This document shows positions 48,538-56,000 of a stretch of DNA of 64,000 bases, piece after piece. This DNA is from a virus. Lineage: Duplodnaviria; Heunggongvirae; Uroviricota; Caudoviricetes. The position numbers were made by a program, and so were the translations under genes. The stretch lies in the IMG/VR virus record IMGVR_UViG_3300002054_000021, positions 141,864 through 205,863 of that record; one strand, 5' to 3'. A model generated the notes under the pieces. The model made no database searches, had not been told where the DNA came from, and saw only the letters and a list, made by a program, of their open reading frames with translations. Every line of letters begins with the position of its first letter. The first letter of the stretch is position 1.

Positions 48538-50031
48538 TTAAGCTGAAATTACAGAGTACCTTTCAGAGTTAATCACATCTTCCATCATTTCTAAAGGAGT
48601 CTTTTGAACAACCTTAGAGATCACTTTTTCAACAACCTCTCCATCTTCAATTACTTGCTCAACAGTTTCCTCTATACGAGTGTCATTGAATACCGTTGAC
48701 ATTAATCTAGTGCTAAATCCACCGACAAGAGTTGCTTTTCTGTCGCCTGCATCAGCATGTGAGACAGAATCGCTTCCAGCATTGAGATTCCAGAAAATAA
48801 CCCTAGGCATTTCATATCCTGCGTTTTGATATCTAGTTGACATCATATTCATGAATGACTGGTCGGGATTACTTGCACATCTATCGAACTGCATATCAGA
48901 GAATATAACAACTTTTGTTGGCATATCTTCTGCAGGAACCGAACCATCTAAAGCTGTCTGTAAGATTAACTTAAAGACGGCTTCAATATCAGTATTCATT
49001 CCGACGCGAGAGTTTCTCATCAGTGAAGCAGACTCTGTAAAGGTTCTATCACCAATATCGATTAACTGAGGATCTCGATTAAATGAAATAAAGTGATTTT
49101 TAAAAGCTCCTTTAAGTCTCTGAGATAGATACACACCCATAGATATAGCTACGTCCATAGGAGTAATTATTCCAGATATTGTGGTCCAAGTCATAGATGC
49201 AGACGTATCAACAACAGAGATAACATTTTCATCCTTAGCCACAACGTCATTTGGAAGAGCCTTCCACATGGCGTTAATCATATTATCCTTGACTTTTCCA
49301 GACTTTTGCATGCGCATTACATCATGAGGGAATAAGTCCTTACCATTCATCTCATTATCTAAAACATACTTACCAAATCTATCTTCGTCATTTCTTGAGA
49401 AAGCAGCTGTATATCTAGACATGGCCACAGAAGGAACTTTACTGTAGTCAATATCTGACCATTCTGCGTCACACATTTTAGTTTCAACAACTTTTGATGA
49501 CTTAGCAAGAAGCTTCCTAAAGCTCTTAGGATCTAACTTTAGAGCCTTTCTAATTTTGTGGGCATAAGATCTATGCTTCCCAGATAATCTAGGGCACCAC
49601 TTTGCAGCAAGCGCGTTACCTTCTTTTAGCGCGGTTGCATAAAAATATATAGCGTCCGCCTCAAGAGGAGTATTAAATAAAGACAGCACATCATCCCATC
49701 TACCATACTCTGGTATATGCTGGATTAAATGAGCTGGAAATTTACCATTCTGAGCAGCGAGGTTCATTATGCCTTGGAAAGAGTTTCTCTCACCAGAACC
49801 TTTTCTAATATCTCTCAACCAAAACAGTATGCGTAAGGCATCAGTTGGATTGCTGTCATATGCCGAAACAAAGCTCTGATACTTACCAGACTTAAATCCA
49901 GTCTTTCTTTGAGAAGGAACCTTATAGAAAAAATCCAACCTAGTGTCAGTAGTTGACACAGACGCAGGCATGCCGTTTTGTGTGACGGTTTGATTTTCTT
50001 TAGCCTTCATAGCTTTTACTAGTGCATTCAT
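48538..50031 (-). CDS. TROVE/Ro60-related protein with vWA domain (DUF2828-type)
   Basis: RDIRKGSGER, EYGRWDD, AAKWCPR, VPSVAM, VDTSASM (MIDAS), SDMQFD, IFWNL. Confidence 0.85.
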   Translation of the reverse strand: MNALVKAMKAKENQTVTQNGMPASVSTTDTRLDFFYKVPSQRKTGFKSGKYQSFVSAYDSNPTDALRILFWLRDIRKGSGERNSFQGIMNLAAQNGKFPAHLIQHIPEYGRWDDVLSLFNTPLEADAIYFYATALKEGNALAAKWCPRLSGKHRSYAHKIRKALKLDPKSFRKLLAKSSKVVETKMCDAEWSDIDYSKVPSVAMSRYTAAFSRNDEDRFGKYVLDNEMNGKDLFPHDVMRMQKSGKVKDNMINAMWKALPNDVVAKDENVISVVDTSASMTWTTISGIITPMDVAISMGVYLSQRLKGAFKNHFISFNRDPQLIDIGDRTFTESASLMRNSRVGMNTDIEAVFKLILQTALDGSVPAEDMPTKVVIFSDMQFDRCASNPDQSFMNMMSTRYQNAGYEMPRVIFWNLNAGSDSVSHADAGDRKATLVGGFSTRLMSTVFNDTRIEETVEQVIEDGEVVEKVISKVVQKTPLEMMEDVINSERYSVISA

Positions 50032-50060
50032 AACTCTCTCCTTATTGATGTTATTTTAAA

Positions 50061-50187
50061 TACAGATTGAATTTTAATTTCGTAGTCTGATTTGTAGTCA
50101 GATGCCTAACCATTTGGCTTATCTCCCTATTGGGAAATATCGGATTCGAACCGATAATCACTTAATGTGAATTGCTGAAATCAATCT
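50061..50187 (-). ncRNA. array unit 5 (promoter-distal): circularly permuted tRNA-like RNA opened at the variable region
   Basis: AGATTGA-TTTCAGCAA / hairpin / T arm ATCGG-TTCGAAT-CCGAT / acceptor ATTTCCC-AATA-GGGAGAT / D arm / arm TCTGA-CTACAAA-TCAGA / TCAATCT-GTA. Confidence 0.8.
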
Positions 50188-50219
50188 TTAATTTATAATA
50201 ATATTTCATATAAATATAT

Positions 50220-50349
50220 TACAGTATCTGTTTTAGTTTCTAGCGCTCTACCACTGAGCTAACTCCCCGTAGAATGTTGGGGAGTGTCGGATTCGAACCA
50301 ACGACCTCTCGTTTCATAGACGAACGAAATAATTTGCTGAAAAGATACT
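50220..50349 (-). ncRNA. array unit 4: circularly permuted tRNA-like RNA opened at 26/27
   Basis: AGTATCT-TTTCAGCAA; arm TTCGT-CTATGAA-ACGAG; T arm GTTGG-TTCGAAT-CCGAC; ACTCCCC-10nt-GGGGAGT; D arm GCTC/GAGC; AGATACT-GTA. Confidence 0.85.
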
Positions 50350-50372
50350 TCAAATTTATTCATAATTTTAAA

Positions 50373-50502
50373 TACAGCTTCTGTTTTAATTTCTAAGCGC
50401 TCTACCACTAAGCTATCCCCGCATATTATTGGAGCGGGGAGCAGGAATCGAACCTGCGTCTCTTCCGTGACATGGAATGAAATAATTTGCTGAAAAGAAG
50501 CT
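50373..50502 (-). ncRNA. array unit 3: circularly permuted tRNA-like RNA, Gly-like acceptor with encoded CCA
   Basis: AGCTTCT-TTTCAGCAA; TTCC-ATGTCAC-GGAA; GCAGG-TTCGATT-CCTGC; TCCCCGC-T-CCA-ATAATAT-GCGGGGA; D arm; AGAAGCT-GTA. Confidence 0.85.
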
Positions 50503-50530
50503 TTAATTCAATAACAATAATTCCTTTTTT

Positions 50531-50626
50531 TGTAGGCTCAACGTTAATTTTAAACTCAGGGTTTGAACCTGACTTTTCGAGTATTGATCGAAAATTTAAC
50601 CATTTTGGTTTTGCTGAAATGAACCT
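50531..50626 (-). ncRNA. array unit 2: tRNA-like D/anticodon/T arms with the acceptor replaced by the array stem
   Basis: AGGTTCA-TTTCAGCAA; AACC/GGTT; TTTTCGA-TCAATAC-TCGAAAA; TCAGG-TTCAAAC-CCTGA; TGAGCCT. Confidence 0.7.
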
Positions 50627-50647
50627 TCTTAATAATATTTAAAGAGA

Positions 50648-50709
50648 TACAGTAAGAGGTTTAATCTTTTTTTACAAACAAAAATTAGATAATTTGCTGA
50701 ATTCTTACT
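50648..50709 (-). ncRNA. array unit 1 (promoter-proximal): minimal unit without tRNA body
   Basis: AGTAAGA-ATTCAGCAAATT-hairpin-TCTTACT-GTA. Confidence 0.7.
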
Positions 50710-50729
50710 TTAATCTCAAATTCTGAATA

Positions 50730-50758
50730 ACAATAGCAAAATTTGAAGCTTATGTCAA
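50730..50758 (-). promoter_or_regulatory. promoter for the RNA array and TROVE gene
   Basis: TTGACA-17-TATTGT with extended -10 TG. Confidence 0.7.
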
Positions 50759-50776
50759 CATGTTTTTTTAAAAAAA

Positions 50777-51379
50777 TTACTTTATTGCGTCTTTTCTGTC
50801 CTCATCAGAGAAAGTTAAATCAGAAACAGACCCTGTAGATGCATATGCTAAAGTTTTAGCTCCCCTTGACCTCATGACATCCTTATAATTACCTTTACTC
50901 ATATTTAGTGTCTGATTTACATTTATGCCAACGCTGTTACTAGTTTCGAAGGCGTTAAAATCAGCACCTATAAAAGAGACCCCATAGTTACTTTTCTCAA
51001 AACCAGATATTATAGCCTTTGCCGACGCATTATTATATTCTTTACTATTATTCTCGCCACCATCAGTTATAATTATTATATCTGCAGACTTTCTTTTTTT
51101 CTTATTGACTAAATCACCTAAAAAGCCGATTGCGTCATATAGAGGTGTCATCGCTCTTGGTCTGAACTCATCACAAGATATAGATTTCCACTCTGAAGCT
51201 TTTACCTTTCGCCTAACTATGTCAATAGATTGACTATCGAACACAACGGTGGTAATTTTCATCTTATGAGGTTTTTTACCCTTTGAAAGCTCATCAACGT
51301 ATGCGTTTACAGAGCCTATTGTTTCATCCCATCTGGTTCCCATAGATCCAGATCTATCTATAAGTATATAGCAGTGCAT
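50777..51379 (-). CDS. vWA domain protein
   Basis: LIDRSGSM, TPLYDAIG, IITDGGENNS, FIGA. Confidence 0.92.
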   Translation of the reverse strand: MHCYILIDRSGSMGTRWDETIGSVNAYVDELSKGKKPHKMKITTVVFDSQSIDIVRRKVKASEWKSISCDEFRPRAMTPLYDAIGFLGDLVNKKKRKSADIIIITDGGENNSKEYNNASAKAIISGFEKSNYGVSFIGADFNAFETSNSVGINVNQTLNMSKGNYKDVMRSRGAKTLAYASTGSVSDLTFSDEDRKDAIK

Positions 51380-51400
51380 TATATATTCCCCTTAATATTT

Positions 51401-51496
51401 TGGTGTGGACAGAAAAGCCGCCTATTCTCTTTTCTACACGCGAGTATTCAATTCGCTGCTCTTTCTAGTTGCCTAAAGACTATGAGCTACATCCAC
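51401..51496 (-). tRNA. non-canonical tRNA-like RNA, anticodon GAA (Phe-like), expanded D and T loops
   Basis: GTGGATG/TGTCCAC-A-CCA; GCTC/GAGC with 22-nt loop; GCGAA-TTGAATA-CTCGC; GAAAAG/CTTTTC arm without TTC. Confidence 0.7.
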
Positions 51497-51505
51497 GTAA
51501 AACTT

Positions 51506-51589
51506 TGGTGTGAAGTGGGGGCCGACTACGCCTCCCGACACGCGAGTATTCAATTCGCTGCTCTTTAATAGTCACTGAGCTAACTTCAC
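51506..51589 (-). tRNA. non-canonical tRNA-like RNA, anticodon GAA (Phe-like)
   Basis: GTGAAGT/ACTTCAC-A-CCA; 13-nt D loop; same 29-nt anticodon region as its neighbour; 10-nt T loop without TTC. Confidence 0.7.
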
Positions 51590-51679
51590 ATAAAAACAAA
51601 TTAATTTAACTACAAAGTAGCTCCCTTAACTTGACTTATTAATGACACATTAAAATACATAAGTCAACAACTTTATTCA

Positions 51680-52393
51680 TTATTTTTCAAAAAAATATGA
51701 ATTAATCTCTAAAAGTCTATCTAAGCCTATGGCTATTTCATAAACCTTCATATCTTCGGAAAAATCTGTTCTTATAGAGCAGGACGCGACTTCCATCCAC
51801 TTACCGTTAAACATTAGCTCTATATCCTTAGTGCTCTCTGCGTATGACGGCGGCTTTGAGTCCTGTATCCTAACCTCTGAATTTGATAGTGAAGATAACA
51901 GATCTGCGATTTTATTTATTGTCATGTCGCGATAATCTGCCATTGTTGTTTCAGAGTATATACATTGAAATTCTAACTGATAAAACTCATTAAATCTAAG
52001 CTTTGAAGGAGAGGCTCCGTCAAGCACCTCTCTTCTAAAAGACTTGCCCGATTGCCACACACAAATAGGAGGAGAAAACCTCTTTCCTTTTCGCATCAAA
52101 TTACGAGCATATTGATAACTGGCAGGAGTTGTCTCAGCTCTTAAAACTGCTTCGCATTCGCCATAATTATGGTTGGTCACAAAAACATCATTGTCAGTAT
52201 AATTTTCTGAAATGTAAGACCTAGGTATTAAAATTGGTCCTTCCACTCTGTGAAATGAAAACCCCCTATTTGCACTAAGTAAAAGCTCCTTAACCTCAAG
52301 ACTTATCTGCGAGATAAAATTGTCTCGTAAATTCACCTCTCTCTCATTCCAGAATCTCAAAGATCCAGTTTCACTATATAGCGCTTCGCTCAT
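51680..52393 (-). CDS. minimal class II aminoacyl-tRNA synthetase catalytic core (GlyRS-alpha2/ProRS-like), no anticodon-binding domain
   Basis: LRAET, motif 2 GKSFRRE...EFYQLEFQ, WMEVASCSIR, motif 3 IGLDRL. Confidence 0.8.
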   Translation of the reverse strand: MSEALYSETGSLRFWNEREVNLRDNFISQISLEVKELLLSANRGFSFHRVEGPILIPRSYISENYTDNDVFVTNHNYGECEAVLRAETTPASYQYARNLMRKGKRFSPPICVWQSGKSFRREVLDGASPSKLRFNEFYQLEFQCIYSETTMADYRDMTINKIADLLSSLSNSEVRIQDSKPPSYAESTKDIELMFNGKWMEVASCSIRTDFSEDMKVYEIAIGLDRLLEINSYFFEK

Positions 52394-52410
52394 TTTAATA
52401 CTTTCTTTAT

Positions 52411-52914
52411 TTAGACCTTAGTTAGATTTGATCTTCTCATTTTATTCTTAACAATATGATCACTTGAGTGACTTGCAGCAAAAGCATATGGCTTTACCTT
52501 AGGCGCAAACCCCATTTGCCCAGTAACATAACCTATAGCCTCTTTAACTGCAACACTAGATGCATGCTTGTCGTCGCCGTTAATATCAACATGGACCTCA
52601 AAGTTTCTATCTCCAACATGATCTATTAAAGCAAGGGCAACCTCAGTCACCATGAAAACTTCATTCATGAGTCTTTGCTTTATATTGCCATAATCATCAA
52701 TAACTCTCTTTTCAATAAAAATTATAGAAGCCCCATGCTTAGAATCTTTGTGAAGCCAAACAGATGTAGAGTACTTAGCCTCTTTCCAAACTCTTCCAGA
52801 TTTTTTATCCTTTCTTGAGAATACCTGACTATCACACCCAACATAAACGCTAGACGATTCAGAAGATTCTTTTATAGCTTTTATAGCTTTATCGTATTTT
52901 TTATCATCAGTCAT
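52411..52914 (-). CDS. RNase H-like YkuK-family protein
   Basis: VYVGCDSQ, RLMNEV, EVHVDIN, KPYAFAAS..SD. Confidence 0.85.
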   Translation of the reverse strand: MTDDKKYDKAIKAIKESSESSSVYVGCDSQVFSRKDKKSGRVWKEAKYSTSVWLHKDSKHGASIIFIEKRVIDDYGNIKQRLMNEVFMVTEVALALIDHVGDRNFEVHVDINGDDKHASSVAVKEAIGYVTGQMGFAPKVKPYAFAASHSSDHIVKNKMRRSNLTKV

Positions 52915-53230
52915 AATTAATCATCCCGAAAAGATGAACTCTAAAATTAAAAGGAATAGGTATATAGCTCCAACTATAATAATTGATGCTATTGAGGTAG
53001 ACTTTATATAGTCTATCTCATCCTTACATTCCCCATACAATTTGTCAAATGCTTTATTTATTATTTTCATAATTTAAAAATTTTTGCGGTAGGTCGGCTA
53101 TCTCCTACATTTCTCGATCTTTCATTTCTTACTAAAACTCAACCACTCGACCCCCTACAAAATGAATGGTGCGTGAGACCTTACTCACTTCGCAAAAACC
53201 CAGCCTTAGGCTGTACCCCTAACTTTATTT

Positions 53231-54160
53231 TTAAATATGAGAATCCCCTTCCCACCCTATATCCATTCTGAATCCGCTTGCATTTTTATGTCCGCCTCCG
53301 CCATAAGATGATGCTATCCTAGATACATCTGCCCCACCTTTTAGTGACCTTAGAGAGAATACTCTAGACCTAGAGGTATCGTAGTAACAGGCTGCAAACT
53401 CTGGCATAATCATATCGCCTACTACGGGCGAGTGAAACTCTTGACTTGCCATTATATTTCCAGCGTCAGAAGCCATAGTGTAAGGGATGTTTGCAACAGG
53501 AACGACATGTCCTCCTATCACCATAGGTCTTTTGCATTGTTTTATAAGTTCAGATATATCCTTATCCATTTTCTTATTTATCGCCATGCCAAAAGCAAAA
53601 CATTTCTCAGTATTTTCGTTTATTGAATTATTTAACTTATCCCAGTTATTGAAGTTATAATCATGAGAAAATATCAAAGAAGCAATCTCTCTTGATCCTT
53701 CAATTTCAAATTTCCACAAATCTCTATCTTCAACGAAATCTACTATTTTGGGCCTTTCTTCTTCTGGAAAACAAAAATCCCAAGCCATTCCTGCGCCACT
53801 TCTACTCATGTCAAACAATGTCATTCCAGAGTTGCTCTCGCCACAAGCTAGATAGTCATTTATATTAAAGTTAGCGTTAATTATATTTTGCAAGGAGCTT
53901 TCATTCAAGTCACTCTGAGCAGAAATATGATGGTCTATAACTATCAGACTATTTGCATCTGACGCCATATCTTCAAGAATTTTCCTTTTGTACGAGAAAT
54001 CAAGTATAAAAACATTCTTCCCTTTCACAGAAGGGGGTATAGACCCATGAGTGGCGGCATAGTATTCTATTCCATCTTCACCGAATTTTTGTTTAAAAAC
54101 CCAAGCTGAGGTAAATCCGTCAGCACAGTTTCCGTGATATATAACAATATCTGGTCTCAA
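53231..54160 (-). CDS. DHH/DHHA1 phosphoesterase (nanoRNase-like)
   Basis: YHGNCADG, LDF, IDHH, DRDLW, FSLRS, GGGGH. Confidence 0.9.
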   Translation of the reverse strand: MRPDIVIYHGNCADGFTSAWVFKQKFGEDGIEYYAATHGSIPPSVKGKNVFILDFSYKRKILEDMASDANSLIVIDHHISAQSDLNESSLQNIINANFNINDYLACGESNSGMTLFDMSRSGAGMAWDFCFPEEERPKIVDFVEDRDLWKFEIEGSREIASLIFSHDYNFNNWDKLNNSINENTEKCFAFGMAINKKMDKDISELIKQCKRPMVIGGHVVPVANIPYTMASDAGNIMASQEFHSPVVGDMIMPEFAACYYDTSRSRVFSLRSLKGGADVSRIASSYGGGGHKNASGFRMDIGWEGDSHI

Positions 54161-54235
54161 AATTAATCCCCTACAAATAAAATATAATTTTTATATATAG
54201 GAAAATTATTCACATGTCAAGAATTTTATTCAACT

Positions 54236-54380
54236 GTAGTGTTTTTAATTTCACTCACACTACCACCACAACCATTAACGGGAAGGAATATTTCATCCTT
54301 CCCGCAATTAGGTATTAAGGAAATAACCTTGCAACATTCACACTGATGTAAAACGTTGTGCTTTCCAGATAAAAATACCT
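54236..54380 (-). ncRNA. candidate structured intergenic RNA
   Basis: AGGTAT/ATACCT junction, CAACGT/ATGTTG, AAGG/CCTT, GCGGGAAGGA/TCCTTCCCGT, GTAGTGT/ACACTAC; G-U pairs fit the minus strand. Confidence 0.45.
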
Positions 54381-54398
54381 GCCAGCTATGATCCATCT

Positions 54399-54926
54399 TT
54401 AAGTCTCTCTCCAGTTTTTAAACTCCTGAGCATAATTAGGGGCATATTTTTTTGCCATTTGCTCAACTCTTTCCCAGTTTGGATTGGTTTTAGGGTTAGA
54501 CTCTATACTTGAATAAGCAGTTCCTTTTGAAAAACCGTAAGCCAAGTGAGTGGATCTAGCCTCTCCTCTTAGTCCAGACTTGTCTCTCCTGTGGGTGTTT
54601 ATTGAAGCAAGTTGTGATGATATCTTATTAATTCTAGCGTCAATTTCATCTCTGTAATCTTCGGAGTTAGGAAGTGAATCTATATGATTCAACCTCTCCT
54701 TGAGAATGTCTATTCTAGACGACAGAACTCCTTCACCATCACCACTAGATGAAACTTTGGACTTTAACCTATCAATAGAATTTTGAAGCTTCTGTTTTTC
54801 AGCATCTCTATCTGAGTTCAGCAAATAAAGCCTTGTTAATTGCTTCTTTAACTGGCGCTCTCTTCCTCTTATAATTCCACTCTCTGCGGCGAGGTGCATG
54901 CTTTTTATTTTTAACTCTATAGTCAT
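54399..54926 (-). CDS. conserved phage hypothetical protein
   Basis: LKIKSMHLAAES...EARSTHLAYGF. Confidence 0.7.
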   Translation of the reverse strand: MTIELKIKSMHLAAESGIIRGRERQLKKQLTRLYLLNSDRDAEKQKLQNSIDRLKSKVSSSGDGEGVLSSRIDILKERLNHIDSLPNSEDYRDEIDARINKISSQLASINTHRRDKSGLRGEARSTHLAYGFSKGTAYSSIESNPKTNPNWERVEQMAKKYAPNYAQEFKNWRET

Positions 54927-55002
54927 TTAATCAATTCCTTCTTTAACTATTTTATAATATTACTCTACTCTTACACAAGAGCCTAGAAAAGTCCAGAATA
55001 AA

Positions 55003-55185
55003 TGGTGGAGATCTAGCACGTTCAGAACATTTTTTTATCCTCAGTTTATACGACGGAATTATTTCGAGACGATCCGCCGACGTCATGCCCTTTAAATCAG
55101 GGACCTAAATTGCCGTGTCACTTTTTCGCAGTTATTCAGCACTATGCGTTACTAATATTTATAGTCAGATAGCAATGACTTAAAC
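55003..55185 (-). ncRNA. tmRNA-like fragment (3' acceptor end, pseudoknots, resume-codon context)
   Basis: Ends GATCTCC-A-CCA; two H-type pseudoknots foldable by eye; AATAACT-GCG-AAA-AAG-TGA; own promoter TTGACA-17-TAAGTT; no contiguous 5' GGGG end. Confidence 0.4.
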
Positions 55186-55232
55186 ATAACTTAATACAAT
55201 TATATGCATTTGTCAAGAAAAAAGTAAAATAA

Positions 55233-55646
55233 TTAATAAAGCTTCATGTGTCCAGTAATCTTATCTATGTCTTTTGACTTGTGAGGGCCTATCGCTATAC
55301 AAGTGTATGTTGGAACGCCGCCGAATTCTGTTTTACCAGAATCTTGTATTAATGCAACTCTAAGGTTGGAATCTTTTGCTTTCGAGTATATGTCAAGTAG
55401 TATATCTTCACTTTCAGCTTTTAGGCATACTTTAGTAAAGCTACCATTTAACCAATCCTCTATATCATCTGATATATTCGGAGTTAAGAGCGACCTAGAC
55501 CTTCCAGACATAGACAAAAACTCATATTCCTGTTTCTCTGGGTTTAAAAGAGCCGCCATACTTGCGTGTGCAGACTGAGCCGCAATTTTACCCTTCCTCA
55601 TTCCAAGATCAGAACGCATAACTATTACTTGTTTAACGTCGCTCAT
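55233..55646 (-). CDS. pth2: peptidyl-tRNA hydrolase type 2
   Basis: KQVIVMRSDLGMRKGKIAAQSAHAS, KVCL, IQDSGKTEF, TCIAIGP. Confidence 0.95.
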   Translation of the reverse strand: MSDVKQVIVMRSDLGMRKGKIAAQSAHASMAALLNPEKQEYEFLSMSGRSRSLLTPNISDDIEDWLNGSFTKVCLKAESEDILLDIYSKAKDSNLRVALIQDSGKTEFGGVPTYTCIAIGPHKSKDIDKITGHMKLY

Positions 55647-55831
55647 TTTTTATACTTCCTATATTCTTTAGATATTTTATCTCCAGCAGATTTGTATAAT
55701 TGCACTGCTTCATCAAAAGTAGACTTTGATGCCTGAGTAAAAGTTTGCCCTTCTGACATTTTGTCAGAAACCACAAGTGTGGCCACAACTACTTTAATTA
55801 CCCCAATACAAAACGCCGTATTAACAATCAC
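55643..55831 (-). CDS. small hypothetical protein
   Basis: Coupled ORF. Confidence 0.5.
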   Translation of the reverse strand: MIVNTAFCIGVIKVVVATLVVSDKMSEGQTFTQASKSTFDEAVQLYKSAGDKISKEYRKYKK

Positions 55832-56000
55832 AATCAGTCTCCATATCCATCATTTTCATAAAGATCATTCCACCCGCATGAACCACAAAACCAGCTAGAT
55901 TCCTCTCTAAGGCAATCGTAAATTGATTTTATAGGCATATTACATATTGGGCATTTATCTTCATTCATTTAAATAATGATGGCACATTAAACAAGTTATG

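Noticed and set aside
50061-51589. CRISPR array interpretation of the repeated TTCAGCAA units or the 29-bp direct repeat
   Set aside because: The repeats are short or only two in number, the inserts are tRNA-derived structures of unequal length, and there are no cas genes in the window.
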